58,886 nt of DNA from Methyloceanibacter sp. (GTDB lineage: Bacteria > Pseudomonadota > Alphaproteobacteria > Rhizobiales > Methyloligellaceae): NCBI GenBank assembly GCA_036397315.1, contig DASWJG010000219.1, forward strand, positions 1-58,886, in the 5' to 3' direction. Below, one piece after another: positions 33,847 to 44,161 of this stretch. The translations under genes and the position numbers were made by a program. The stretch's first letter is position 1. Each line of letters starts with the position of its first letter. The notes under the pieces were generated by a model. The model ran no database searches and had not been told where the DNA came from. It saw only the letters and a list, made by a program, of their open reading frames with translations.

Positions 33847-35277
33847 CTACGCCGATGCGGCTTCCGTGCCGAAACGGCGTTTCAGCGCCTCGACGAGCGG
33901 CGCCATGCGGCTGCCGAGGGAGCCCTTGACCATGATCGCGTCCCCCGGACCCACCGCTCCCACAAGCTTAGGCGCAAGCTCCTCGGCGGTCTTGGTATAA
34001 GCGCCTCGGCGGTCTGCCGGCAAAGCCTCAAAAAGCGAGCCCATCAGTTCGCCGCAGGCAAAGACAACATCTACACCAGCCCCGTCAACGACCTCAGCAA
34101 GCTCTTGGTGAAGCTTCGGACCCTCCGGCCCAAGCTCGAGCATGTCGCCGAGCACCGCCACGCGCCGGCTGAACTCACTCCGCGGAGTCAAGCCCAGCGC
34201 GGCGAGGGCTGCGCGCATGGAGGCCGGATTGGCGTTGTAGGATTCGTCGATGATCGCCATGCGCCCGCCTGCGGCGGCGATCAGAGTGCGAGCGCCCCGG
34301 CCGGCCTGCGCGTGAAGCCCATCAAGCGCGCGGGCGGCAAGCGTAACGTTGGCGCCGGCCATCTTCACCGCGGCAAGCACGGCCAGCGAGTTCTGCACGA
34401 GGTGGCGGCCCGGAGCCCCGAGGCCGTAGTCAATCGTCTCGCCGAGAATGTCGGCCTTGATCTTGGAGCCGTCGGAGCGGAGTTCGACCTCCATCAGCCG
34501 CGCCTCGGCATCTTGCGTCTCGCCGAAGCCGACGATCTTGGCGCCATGGCCAAGGGCGTGGCGCTTCAGCCGCTCGTAATAGGGACTGTCGCGATTGATG
34601 ATCGCGCTGCCCTTGGGCTCAAGGCCGCGGAAGATCTCCGCCTTGGCGTCGGCGATCTCCTCCACCGAGCGGAAGAAGCCGAGATGGACCGGCGCCACCG
34701 TGGTGACGATGGCGATATGGGGCCTGACCAGCCGTGTCAGCGCGGCGATCTCGCCGGCATGGTTCATGCCGATCTCGAACACGCCGAAGCGGACGGCCTT
34801 CGGCATATTGGCGAGCGAGAGCGGCACGCCCCAATGATTGTTGAACGACTTCGCGGAGGCGTGCACCGCGCCGCTCGGCTGAAGCGCCAATTTCAGCGCC
34901 TCCTTGGTGCCGGTCTTGCCGGCGCTGCCGGTGATGGCGATGACCATGGTGTCGGTGGCGCGGGCACGGGCCGCGCGGCCGAGATCGTTCAGCGCCTCGA
35001 GCGTGTCGCCGACGCGCACCAGCCTCTCTTCGTCGCCCGGCGGGAAGGTTCCGTCCACGATGGCGCAGGCGGCGCCTTGATCCAAGGCGGCGGCGACGAA
35101 GGCATGCCCGTCGCGATTTGGCCCGCGGATGGCGACGAACGCCTCTCCCGGCCTTAGGCTGCGGCTGTCGATAGAGAAGCCGGTCACAGGGGTGTCGCCA
35201 GCGCCGAAGCACGTGCCGCGCGTGGCGCTAACGATCTCGCCTAAGGTCCACAGCGGCTCAACCACATTTCGCCTCAT
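33847..35277 (-). CDS. murF: UDP-N-acetylmuramoyl-tripeptide--D-alanyl-D-alanine ligase
   Basis: [43 protein letters not shown] and KGSLG motifs. Confidence 0.96.
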   Translation of the reverse strand: MRRNVVEPLWTLGEIVSATRGTCFGAGDTPVTGFSIDSRSLRPGEAFVAIRGPNRDGHAFVAAALDQGAACAIVDGTFPPGDEERLVRVGDTLEALNDLGRAARARATDTMVIAITGSAGKTGTKEALKLALQPSGAVHASAKSFNNHWGVPLSLANMPKAVRFGVFEIGMNHAGEIAALTRLVRPHIAIVTTVAPVHLGFFRSVEEIADAKAEIFRGLEPKGSAIINRDSPYYERLKRHALGHGAKIVGFGETQDAEARLMEVELRSDGSKIKADILGETIDYGLGAPGRHLVQNSLAVLAAVKMAGANVTLAARALDGLHAQAGRGARTLIAAAGGRMAIIDESYNANPASMRAALAALGLTPRSEFSRRVAVLGDMLELGPEGPKLHQELAEVVDGAGVDVVFACGELMGSLFEALPADRRGAYTKTAEELAPKLVGAVGPGDAIMVKGSLGSRMAPLVEALKRRFGTEAASA

Positions 35278-36718
35278 GCTTCAGCGCGGCTTCAACCGCG
35301 TCATGGTCGGAAAAGGGGATCACGGTCGCCCCTATGGTTTGACCCGTCTCGTGGCCTTTGCCCGCCACGAGTAGGACATCGCCGCGTTCGAGCCTGGAGA
35401 TGGCCTCGCCGATCGCCAGCGCGCGGTCACCGATCTCGATGGCGCCAGGCGCAGCATTCAATATTTGGCTGCGGATTGCGGCAGGATTTTCGCTGCGCGG
35501 ATTATCGTCGGTAACGATGGCAAGATCGGCCTTGGCGACGGCAATTTTTCCCATCTCGGGCCGCTTGCCCTTATCGCGGTCGCCGCCGCAGCCGAACACC
35601 ACGAGCAACCGGTTCTCCACATAAGGGCGAAGTGCATCGAGCGCCTTGGCGAGCGCATCGGGCGTGTGGGCGTAATCGATGAAGATCGGAGCGCCTCCGC
35701 GTGCGGTGCCGGCAAGATCGAGCCGCCCGCGGGCGCCCTGCAGCGACGCCAGCATCGGCAGGATGGTCGCCGCGCTCGCGCCGGTCGCCAGCGCCAGACC
35801 TGCCGCGACGAGCGCGTTGGAGGCCTGGAAGGCGCCAACCAGCGGCAAGCGGACTCTGTATTGTTTGCCGTCGTGCTCGATGACGAGGGTCTGGCCGAAG
35901 CCGTCGAGCTCGGCTGACACGAGCCGCAAGTCCTTGCCCGCGCGGCCGACCGAAAGGAGCTTGAGGCCCCTCGCCTCCGACACCGCCGCCACGCGAAGCC
36001 CGGCCTCGCTGTCGACATCGACCACGGCGATCGCGCCTGGCGGCAGAAGCTCGGTGAACAGGCGGAGCTTCTGCGCGAAATAGTCCTCGAAGCTAGCGTG
36101 GTAATCCAGATGATCGCGCGAAATATTGGTGAAGGCGCCGGCGGCAAGCGTGACGCCATCGACGCGGCGCTGCTGCAAGCCGTGGCTCGATGCTTCGAGC
36201 GCAAGATGGGTCACCCCCTCTTTGGCGAGCGCGGCAAGGATCGCGTGCAGCTCGATCGGGTCCGGCGTCGTGTGCTTGAGGATCTTGGTGCCGGACGGAG
36301 TCACCACCCCGACCGTGCCGAGGCTTGCCGCCTTGAACCCCTGCCCCGCCCAAAGCTGCCGCACGAAAGCCGCCACCGAGGTCTTGCCGTTGGTGCCAGT
36401 GACGGCGACGGCGGTCTTGGGCTGGAGGCCGTAGAAGCGCGCCGCGATCAGGGCAAGACGCCGGCGCGGATCGCTATCTTCGATGATCGCCGCGGAATTG
36501 GTCGCTCCCTTCGCGCCGCGCGGCACCAGGATCGCCGCCGCGCCCCGCTCCAAGGCTTGCGCGATGAAGCGCGTGCCGTCGGTCTTCACCCCCGGCAACG
36601 CCGCGAACAGATAGCCGGGCTTGACCTCGCGGCTGTCCGCCGCAAGGCCTGTGATCGGCACGCGGGAGAGGCCTTCAGGCAGCTTCGCCTCGAGGCCAAA
36701 CAGCTCACCCAGAGTCAT
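35258..36718 (-). CDS. murE: UDP-N-acetylmuramoyl-L-alanyl-D-glutamate--2,6-diaminopimelate ligase
   Basis: VTGTNGKTS, EASSHGL, DYAHTPDAL, DDNPRSE (DNPR indicates mDAP specificity) and AGKGHE motifs. Confidence 0.97.
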   Translation of the reverse strand: MTLGELFGLEAKLPEGLSRVPITGLAADSREVKPGYLFAALPGVKTDGTRFIAQALERGAAAILVPRGAKGATNSAAIIEDSDPRRRLALIAARFYGLQPKTAVAVTGTNGKTSVAAFVRQLWAGQGFKAASLGTVGVVTPSGTKILKHTTPDPIELHAILAALAKEGVTHLALEASSHGLQQRRVDGVTLAAGAFTNISRDHLDYHASFEDYFAQKLRLFTELLPPGAIAVVDVDSEAGLRVAAVSEARGLKLLSVGRAGKDLRLVSAELDGFGQTLVIEHDGKQYRVRLPLVGAFQASNALVAAGLALATGASAATILPMLASLQGARGRLDLAGTARGGAPIFIDYAHTPDALAKALDALRPYVENRLLVVFGCGGDRDKGKRPEMGKIAVAKADLAIVTDDNPRSENPAAIRSQILNAAPGAIEIGDRALAIGEAISRLERGDVLLVAGKGHETGQTIGATVIPFSDHDAVEAALKHEAKCG

Positions 36719-36800
36719 TGTCCGACATGCGCCCCGAAAAAGCGGCGTTTCCTTGAGGACCTCAAGGACTTTGGCCAACCCCTTGATGGGCAGGCGTCTT

Positions 36801-38477
36801 TTAATAGGAGGCGAGCACCTTGGCGTCAAATTTGCGCTGATCGCCCTCAAGCCGCGGCGCCACGCCAAGGATGGGCGCGATCCGCGCGATGATCTTGCTG
36901 GCCGTGGGCGCGGCATTGACGCCGGCCGTGGCATGATTGCTCGACTCCGCGACTCGCTGCGGCTCGTCAAGCATAACCAGTACGGAATATTCCGGGGCGT
37001 CGGTGGGGAAGGCGGCAAGGAAGCTCGTCAGCAGCGCCGAGGTCGAGTAGCGGCCGCCGACCACTTTCTCGGCCGTGCCGGTCTTGCCGCCGACGCGATA
37101 GCCTTCAGCCTCGGCGCGCTTGGCAGTCCCTTTCAGCACATTGAGGCGCATCAGTTTCAGCATCGCGGTGCTGGTGTCGCGCTTGAGCACTCTTCGTCCT
37201 CCGCCCAGGCCCTCCTCGCGCGAGCGCGGCAGGAAGGTGGGGGGCACGGCGATCCCGCCATTGACGAGGGGGAGCGACGCGGCGGCGAGCTGGAGCGGCG
37301 TCACCGACAGACCGTGGCCGAAGGCGATGGTCATGGTGTTCAGCTTTTGCCAATGGGCCGGGACGATCGGGGCGGCGCTGTCGCCGAGCTCGGTCGGAAC
37401 CCGGCTCAAGAGTCCGAGCTTCTTGAGAAAGGCGCGGTGACGATCGACGCCCATGTCGAGTGCCATCTTGGCCGCGCCGATATTCGACGAGTAGATAAAG
37501 ACCTCCGGCACGCTCAAGCGCCGCTTCTTGCCGTGGAAGTCGTCGATGGTGAAGGAGGCGTAGTGGATCGGGCTCGAGGCGTCGTAGCTCGAGCGCAGCG
37601 AGGCAAGGCCTGAGTCGAGCACGCCGGCGACGGTGAACACCTTGAATACCGAGCCCATCTCGTAGACCCCGAAGCCGATGCGGTTCAGCCGGTCCTTGTC
37701 GAGGGCCTGCTCGCGGCGATTGGGGTCGTAATCGGGAAGCGAGACAAGCGCTACCACCTCGCCCGAATGCACGTCGATGACGATCCCCGCCGCGGCCTTG
37801 GCGCGATAAGTGGCAATGGCGCGACCAAGCTCTTCGCGCAGCACATGCTGCACGCCGAGATCGAGCGAGAGCGTCACCGCCTCGTCTCCGGCCATGGTGA
37901 GCTGGGGATTGTCGTCGATGAACTTCTCGATGCCGGCGAGGCCCTTGTTGTCCACGTCGACCAGGCCGACCACGTGGCTCGCGGTGGCGCCCATGGGATA
38001 AACGCGGCGATATTCCTCGATGAAGGCGAGGCCCGGAAGCCCGAGCTCGTGGATCTCGGCCTGCTGCTTCGGCGTCAGCTCGCGCTTGATACGGACAAAG
38101 CGGCCTCCGGCCTTCAGTCGCGAGCGCAGATCCCTGGCCTTGACGTCGGGGAGAACGCTTCCGATCTGCTCGGCGAGTTCATCCACGTCGATGACGCGCT
38201 GCGGATCGGCATAGAGAGTCGCGCCCTTGATGTCGGTCGCGAGCAGCCGGCCGCTGCGATCAAAGATATCGGGACGATGCACGGTCGAGGAAATGTCGTA
38301 GAGCCCGCCCGGGCTCGGCCCGCTGCCGGCGAAGCCGAGCGTCACGAGGCGCCCGCCGATCAGGATGAAGGCCAGCGCAAAGGCGAGGCAGGCGAGACGA
38401 AAGCGGTAACGGCCGCGGGCGAGATAGGCCCGCTCGGCGCGGGCGCTGGCGGCATCTGATCTGGTGGGGTCGGACAC
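36801..38477 (-). CDS. ftsI: Division-specific class B penicillin-binding protein (FtsI); start uncertain
   Basis: YEMGSVFK (SxxK), YSSNIG (SxN) and GGKTGTAEK (KTG); lies between ftsL and murE. Confidence 0.95.
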   Translation of the reverse strand: MSDPTRSDAASARAERAYLARGRYRFRLACLAFALAFILIGGRLVTLGFAGSGPSPGGLYDISSTVHRPDIFDRSGRLLATDIKGATLYADPQRVIDVDELAEQIGSVLPDVKARDLRSRLKAGGRFVRIKRELTPKQQAEIHELGLPGLAFIEEYRRVYPMGATASHVVGLVDVDNKGLAGIEKFIDDNPQLTMAGDEAVTLSLDLGVQHVLREELGRAIATYRAKAAAGIVIDVHSGEVVALVSLPDYDPNRREQALDKDRLNRIGFGVYEMGSVFKVFTVAGVLDSGLASLRSSYDASSPIHYASFTIDDFHGKKRRLSVPEVFIYSSNIGAAKMALDMGVDRHRAFLKKLGLLSRVPTELGDSAAPIVPAHWQKLNTMTIAFGHGLSVTPLQLAAASLPLVNGGIAVPPTFLPRSREEGLGGGRRVLKRDTSTAMLKLMRLNVLKGTAKRAEAEGYRVGGKTGTAEKVVGGRYSTSALLTSFLAAFPTDAPEYSVLVMLDEPQRVAESSNHATAGVNAAPTASKIIARIAPILGVAPRLEGDQRKFDAKVLASY

Positions 38478-38490
38478 GGGTCTTCGCGGC

Positions 38491-38946
38491 CTACTGGACT
38501 GAGGCTTCAACCGGCCTCACGACCTTGGCTTCGGGCCAGGGCGCGGACGCCGGCGTTTCTGCCGCAGGCACGCCGGCGACGGCAGAAGGCTGCTTGCCGG
38601 CCGACTTGGCCGCCTTCGCTGCCGGGGCGGGCGCTGCCGCAGCGGCAATCTCCGCGCGGGTGCGGTCGAAATCGCGGTCCGACACCGTGTCGACGGTGAG
38701 GAGCTGAGCAGGCTTTGCCGGTGAGAGCTTCAGATATTTCTGGGCAAGCCGCTCGATGCGCTCAGGGCGATTGAGCAGGCTCCACTCGGCGCGCAGCACG
38801 GCGAGCGCGTCACGCTCCTCGTCGATTCGTTTGCCAAGCGAGGCGATCTCAGCGTCGAGACCGCGGGACTCGTACTTCACCTGATAGATGACATAGGCGA
38901 GGGCGACGAGGCCCAGGACGAGACAGATATTAACGAAGCGCAGCAT
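38491..38946 (-). CDS. ftsL: Cell division protein FtsL
   Basis: TM helix plus coiled coil, YQVKY...LRAEWSLLNRPERIERLA; lies between rsmH and ftsI. Confidence 0.9.
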   Translation of the reverse strand: MLRFVNICLVLGLVALAYVIYQVKYESRGLDAEIASLGKRIDEERDALAVLRAEWSLLNRPERIERLAQKYLKLSPAKPAQLLTVDTVSDRDFDRTRAEIAAAAAPAPAAKAAKSAGKQPSAVAGVPAAETPASAPWPEAKVVRPVEASVQ

Positions 38947-38975
38947 TTTGAAACTCGCGAACTAAAAGCCGACCC

Positions 38976-40007
38976 TCACATGCAAAAGCCGAGCCGCGGC
39001 ACCCCGAGCGCAGCCAAGTCGAGAGGATGAGCGGGACCCTCGGTGCGCTCGGCGGCCCTGAGGCGGGCCGAGCGGGCACGAGGATTCCGTCTGATCTCGG
39101 CCTTACTCGGTTCTAACGGACGCCGGTTAAGAAGCCGGAAGCTTGGGGCGATAATTTCACCGGGCGCCTCCGGCAGATGGCGTGAGGCGCGCGGCGGAGG
39201 CGCGCTGCGGCTGGCAAAGAAGCGCTTGGCGATGCGGTCCTCAAGCGAATGGAAGGTGACGACGGCAAGACGCCCTCCGGCCCGGAGCAGCCACTCGGCG
39301 GCGGAAAGGCCGTTGGCGAGCTCGTCAAGCTCCTCGTTGAGATAGAGGCGCAAGCCTTGGAAGGTGCGCGTGGCGGGGTGCTTCGTCTCGTCGCGCTGAC
39401 GGCCGAGCACGCGGGCAACGATGTCGGCAAGTTCGGCTGTCGTGGTGATCGGCTGCTCGGCGCGTCGCGCCACGATCGCCTTGGCGATCGCGCGCGCGCG
39501 CCGCTCCTCGCCGAGCTTGCCGATGATCTCAGCTAGCTCCCGCTCCGGTAGGGCGTTGACGATATCGCTCGCGGACGGCCCCCCTTCCCCCATACGCATG
39601 TCGAGGGGACCTTCCTGCATGAAGGAGAAGCCGCGGCTAGGCTGATCGAGCTGCATCGAGGAGACGCCGAGATCGAGCGTCACGCCATCGACGGAGGTGA
39701 AGCCCTCGCTCGCGGCGATCTCCTCCATCTCGCTATAGCGGCCAAGCACGGCCATCAATCGTCCGGGATAGTCTTCCGCAAGCTCTCCACTCAAGCGAAA
39801 GGCTTCCGGATCGCGGTCGATGGCGATGACTTTGCAGTCGGCTTGATTGAGGATGGCTTGGCTGTAGCCGCCGGCCCCGAACGTTCCATCGACGATAATC
39901 TCGCCGTCCTTCGGCTCAAGCGCGGCAAGCACCTCGGAGAGCATCACGGGAATGTGGCGGGCCGGTCCGCCGGCGGAAGCCGAATGCTTGCCGCGACCCG
40001 CCATCAT
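38976..40007 (-). CDS. rsmH: 16S rRNA (cytosine1402-N4)-methyltransferase
   Basis: HIPVML, DGTFGAGGYS, LDLGVSSMQLD, HPATRTFQ, FHSLEDR and NPRARSA motifs. Confidence 0.97.
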   Translation of the reverse strand: MMAGRGKHSASAGGPARHIPVMLSEVLAALEPKDGEIIVDGTFGAGGYSQAILNQADCKVIAIDRDPEAFRLSGELAEDYPGRLMAVLGRYSEMEEIAASEGFTSVDGVTLDLGVSSMQLDQPSRGFSFMQEGPLDMRMGEGGPSASDIVNALPERELAEIIGKLGEERRARAIAKAIVARRAEQPITTTAELADIVARVLGRQRDETKHPATRTFQGLRLYLNEELDELANGLSAAEWLLRAGGRLAVVTFHSLEDRIAKRFFASRSAPPPRASRHLPEAPGEIIAPSFRLLNRRPLEPSKAEIRRNPRARSARLRAAERTEGPAHPLDLAALGVPRLGFCM

Positions 40008-40486
40008 TCCCGTGCTCCCTCTGGCCCGCCGCTTCCGCGGCGCCCCGCGCCGAGTAGTTTGCGAAGGTCGCGCACTTTCTGGCGCGCCCCCGCGAGATGA
40101 GTTTCGAAACGCTTCGGTTCCCACATCTGAAACTTCTCGCCAAGGCCGACAAAAGTGACGTGCGTGGTGATGCCGGCGTGCTCGCGCAAGCGTTCAGGGA
40201 GAATTGTGCGTCCGTCCTGATCGATGGAAAGAATCTCGCTGGTGCCGAACAGAGCGGTGGCGAGCTGGTCTTTCTCGTCGGAATAAGGTGCGAGGTCCTC
40301 GACGAGGGCGTTGATCTTGTCGACCAAGCGCTTGCCGCCGGCGTCAAGCGCAGGCGCATCGAGGGAGGGATAGCAGTAGATGCCGTCGAGGCCGTCCTTG
40401 GCGAGGACTGTGCGGAAAGAAGCCGGGACCGAAACGCGGCCTTTGGTGTCGATCTTATTGGTGAATGCCGACACAAACTGGTCCAT
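40004..40486 (-). CDS. mraZ: Division/cell wall cluster transcriptional repressor MraZ
   Basis: KIDTKGRVSVPASFR and IDQDGRTILP (two DxxGR motifs); first gene of the dcw cluster. Confidence 0.95.
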   Translation of the reverse strand: MDQFVSAFTNKIDTKGRVSVPASFRTVLAKDGLDGIYCYPSLDAPALDAGGKRLVDKINALVEDLAPYSDEKDQLATALFGTSEILSIDQDGRTILPERLREHAGITTHVTFVGLGEKFQMWEPKRFETHLAGARQKVRDLRKLLGAGRRGSGGPEGARE

Positions 40487-40632
40487 CTCCCCCTCACGCA
40501 CCCGAGCCGACGCGGGACGACTTCCAAAGCTTGAGGTGCAGGCCCCCGCCCGAAAAATTGGTGGGAGAGGCGGCGCAGATCCCCCCGTGGCCTCTAAGGA
40601 GCGCGGCCAGCCTCCCCCACTTACTCACCGAA

Positions 40633-40687
40633 CGGGCAATCATGGGATAGCATGGGAATTTATGGGCGTCAATGGAGAGTGCCGGGA
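40633..40687. promoter_or_regulatory. MraZ-binding direct repeats (10-bp period)
   Basis: CGGGC, TGGGA, TGGGA, TGGGC, TGGAG, CGGGA at 40633, 40643, 40653, 40663, 40673 and 40683, upstream of mraZ. Confidence 0.75.
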
Positions 40688-40736
40688 GAGACGTCTCCTA
40701 TACACGGGAAAACGCCGCAAACGAGCCACGCCGGTC

Positions 40737-40752
40737 TTTACTCTTGGTTAAC
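40737..40752. promoter_or_regulatory. CtrA-like binding site upstream of the dcw cluster
   Basis: TTTA-CTCTTGG-TTAAC versus consensus TTAA-N7-TTAAC (one mismatch). Confidence 0.6.
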
Positions 40753-40905
40753 CAGGCCGATTGCCGCTTCCGGGCGAAGCAGGGTACAAGTGCAAAACGA
40801 ACGGGGTTTAAGTGTTTCCGCTACTGATTCGCGGAGCGCTGCGCGGGATGCCGCTAGCGCCCTGTTCTTAATCAGCACGGCGGGGACCGCGGGTCTGAGG
40901 GGTGC

Positions 40906-41832
40906 ATGGCCAAGGGTGAGCTGAAGGCGACGCTAGGCCTTGCAGCCATTGCGCTCGCGCTCGGGTCCTGCGGGCTCAGCGCCGGCGATGCGCTCGACGG
41001 GCCCTTCGCACGGCTCGGGCCGGCCGAGGCTCCGGTCAAGCTCTTCTATCAGGAGGAGGGCAAGGGGCCGCCGCTTCTGCTCATTCATGGCTTCGGCGCG
41101 AGCACCTATACGTGGCGCTACGTGGCGCCCGAGCTTGCCCAGACCCATAGGGTCATCGCCGTCGACCTCAAGGGTTTCGGCCAATCGGACAAGCCTTTCG
41201 ACGAGCGCTATTCGGTCTTCGATCAAGCCGAGTTGCTCGCCCAGCTCATCGTGGACAAGGATCTCCGCGACCTGACCTTGGTCGGCCACTCCTTCGGGGG
41301 CGGGATCGCGCTGCTGCTGGCGCTCGAAGCCAGTCAGCGGCTCGAGGGGCGCATCACGCGGCTCGTGCTGCTCGACTCGATCGCCTATCCGCAGAACATC
41401 CCGGTCTTCTTCCGCCTGCTCGACATGCCGCTCGTGTCGCAGCTTGGCGTGCGCATGGTGCCGCCCAGCGTGCAGACGCGGGTGGCGCTGAAGATCGCCT
41501 ATTTGGACGACAGCAAGATCGATCCTGACGAGGTCGAGATCTATGCCGCGCCGCTCAAGACCGCCGCCGGCAAGCACGCCATGATCCACAGCGCGCGCCA
41601 GATCATGCCAAAGGATCTCGCCGAGATCGCCGAGCGCTACAGCACCATCGAGCTGCCGACCTTGATCCTGTGGTGCGACCACGACCGCATCGTGCCGCTT
41701 GAGGTCGGGCTGAAGCTCCGGCGCACGCTGCCCAACTCCACTTTGCGGCTGATCGAGGATTGCGGGCACATGCCGCAAGAAGAGCAGCCGGCGTCGACGC
41801 TCCAGCTGCTCAAGGGCTTCATCGGCGGCTGA
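40906..41832 (+). CDS. Alpha/beta hydrolase, predicted lipoprotein
   Basis: LLIHGFGAS, DLKGFGQSD, GHSFGG nucleophile elbow and CGHMPQEE; N-terminal LALGSC lipobox. Confidence 0.9.
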   Translation: MAKGELKATLGLAAIALALGSCGLSAGDALDGPFARLGPAEAPVKLFYQEEGKGPPLLLIHGFGASTYTWRYVAPELAQTHRVIAVDLKGFGQSDKPFDERYSVFDQAELLAQLIVDKDLRDLTLVGHSFGGGIALLLALEASQRLEGRITRLVLLDSIAYPQNIPVFFRLLDMPLVSQLGVRMVPPSVQTRVALKIAYLDDSKIDPDEVEIYAAPLKTAAGKHAMIHSARQIMPKDLAEIAERYSTIELPTLILWCDHDRIVPLEVGLKLRRTLPNSTLRLIEDCGHMPQEEQPASTLQLLKGFIGG

Positions 41833-41853
41833 CCGGCCCATTGTCCTGACTTG

Positions 41854-41890
41854 ATAAGCTCCACTTATCGTGCCGATAGGCAAATACGAT
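41854..41890 (+). promoter_or_regulatory. OxyR-type binding site upstream of catalase
   Basis: ATAA-N7-TTAT-N7-ATAG-N7-CGAT versus consensus ATAG-N7-CTAT-N7-ATAG-N7-CTAT. Confidence 0.8.
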
Positions 41891-41974
41891 TTGCCCTTAT
41901 TGTGCACCGCACTCAAGGTGGTCCCTGACGTGCCTGCATTTTGCCGGCGCCCGAGGAGGAGCACGAAAGCATCG

Positions 41975-43483
41975 ATGTCTAAAAAGCCTATCCTGACGAC
42001 TACGGCCGGGGCGCCGGTGGCGGACAATCAGAATTCCATCACGGCAGGTCCGCGCGGGCCGGTCCTGCTCCAGGACTACCAGCTGATCGAGAAGCTCGCG
42101 CATCAGAACCGCGAGCGCATCCCCGAGCGCACCGTCCACGCCAAAGGCTGGGGCGCCCACGGCACGGTGACCATCACCGGCGATCTCTCGAAATACACCA
42201 AGGCCAAGGCGCTCCAGCCCGGCGCCAAGACGGAGATGATCGCGCGCTTTTCGACCGTGGCCGGCGAACTCGGCGCGGCGGACGCCGAGCGCGACGTGCG
42301 CGGTTTCGCGCTCAAGTTCTACACCGAAGACGGCAATTGGGATCTCGTCGGCAACAACACGCCGGTGTTCTTCGTGCGCGATCCCTACAAGTTCCCGGAC
42401 TTCATCCACACCCAGAAGCGGCACCCCAAGACCAACATGCGCTCGCCGACGGCAATGTGGGATTTCTGGTCGCTCTCACCGGAGAGCCTGCACCAAGTCA
42501 CCATCCTGATGTCGGACCGCGGGCTCCCCACCTCCGTCCGCCACATGAACGGTTATGGCAGCCACACCTACTCTTTCATCAATGAGGTCGGCGAGCGGCA
42601 CTGGGTGAAGTTCCACTTCAAGACGATGCAGGGCCACAAGCACTGGACCAACAAGGAGGCAGCCGAGATCGTCGGTCGCACGCGCGAGTCCACGCAGGAA
42701 GATCTGTTCAACGCCATCGAGACAGGCGACTTCCCGCGCTGGAAGATGCAGGTGCAGATCATGCCCGAGGCCGATGTCGGCAAGCACTGGTACAATCCCT
42801 TCGACCTCACCAAGGTGTGGCCGCATGGCGACTATCCGCCGATCGACATCGGCGTGCTCGAGCTCAACCGCAATCCGGAGAACTATTTCCAGGAGATCGA
42901 GCTCGCCGCCTTCTCGCCATCGAACATCGTTCCCGGTATCTCCTGGTCGCCGGACAAGATGCTGCAGGCGCGCATCTTCTCCTATGCCGACGCGCACCGC
43001 TACCGGCTCGGCACCCATTACGAGGCGCTGCCGGTGAACGCCTCGAAATGCCCGGTGCATCACTATCACAAGGACGGACCGATGCGGTTCTTCCCGCCGA
43101 AGACCGGTAATGTCGACGCCTTCTACGAGCCGAACTCCTTCGGCGGCGCGGTCCAGGACGAACGCTTCGCCGAGCCGCCGCTTGGCATCTCAGGCGATGC
43201 GGCGCGCTACAATCACCGCGACGGCAACGACGACTATCGACAGGTGACCGCGCTGTTCAATCTGTTCGACGCGGGACAGAAGCAGCGCCTCTTCCTCAAC
43301 GTGGCGGAAGCCATGTGGGGCATCCCGCACGAAATCGCCGAGCGGCAGCTTGTGCATTTCAAGAAGGTGCATCCGGACTATGAGGCGGGCGTCAGGCGCG
43401 AGCTTGCGCATATGACCCGCGCCAAGGCATCGGAGACCGCCCAGCAGCAGAAGATGCCGCAAGGCGTCGAGGCGGCGGAGTAG
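41975..43483 (+). CDS. katA: Monofunctional heme catalase (small subunit)
   Basis: [36 protein letters not shown] and [14 protein letters not shown] (proximal Tyr motif). Confidence 0.96.
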   Translation: MSKKPILTTTAGAPVADNQNSITAGPRGPVLLQDYQLIEKLAHQNRERIPERTVHAKGWGAHGTVTITGDLSKYTKAKALQPGAKTEMIARFSTVAGELGAADAERDVRGFALKFYTEDGNWDLVGNNTPVFFVRDPYKFPDFIHTQKRHPKTNMRSPTAMWDFWSLSPESLHQVTILMSDRGLPTSVRHMNGYGSHTYSFINEVGERHWVKFHFKTMQGHKHWTNKEAAEIVGRTRESTQEDLFNAIETGDFPRWKMQVQIMPEADVGKHWYNPFDLTKVWPHGDYPPIDIGVLELNRNPENYFQEIELAAFSPSNIVPGISWSPDKMLQARIFSYADAHRYRLGTHYEALPVNASKCPVHHYHKDGPMRFFPPKTGNVDAFYEPNSFGGAVQDERFAEPPLGISGDAARYNHRDGNDDYRQVTALFNLFDAGQKQRLFLNVAEAMWGIPHEIAERQLVHFKKVHPDYEAGVRRELAHMTRAKASETAQQQKMPQGVEAAE

Positions 43484-43506
43484 TCTTCGCGGCTCAGAAA
43501 ATTGGA

Positions 43507-43539
43507 GGCCGGCGCGCGGGGGTCACCCACGCGCCGGCC
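43507..43539. terminator. GC-rich hairpin between convergent catalase and rnpB
   Basis: ggccggcgcg-c-ggg...ccc-a-cgcgccggcc inverted repeat. Confidence 0.6.
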
Positions 43540-43546
43540 GTATCAT

Positions 43547-43939
<393 letters not shown>

Positions 43940-43944
43940 AAGGG

Positions 43945-43974
43945 TAATAAGGGGTTTTGCCCGTAATGCGTCAA
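43945..43974 (-). promoter_or_regulatory. Putative sigma70 promoter of rnpB
   Basis: Minus strand TTGACG-17/18 nt-(C)TTATTA just upstream of the RNA 5' end. Confidence 0.55.
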
Positions 43975-44161
43975 GCCGTTACGGGGCTGTTACAGCGGAT
44001 AAGGTTGCCGGCTCGTAACGGCATTTTGATAGCTCCCGCGCCACCAGTTCCCATATTCTAGGCATGAACCGGCCGCGTCCGGGTCCCTCCCCAAGGCTTT
44101 TGGGCCGTCGCAATCCCCGGCGCAGCAGGGCCGGCAATGTTGACCGACAATCGTGCCGCCA

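Noticed and set aside
23259-40124. Apparent long N-terminal extensions of ftsA, ddl, murD, murE and rsmH in the ORF track
   Set aside because: They are upstream in-frame starts overlapping neighbouring genes or the REP element; family-typical N-termini start downstream
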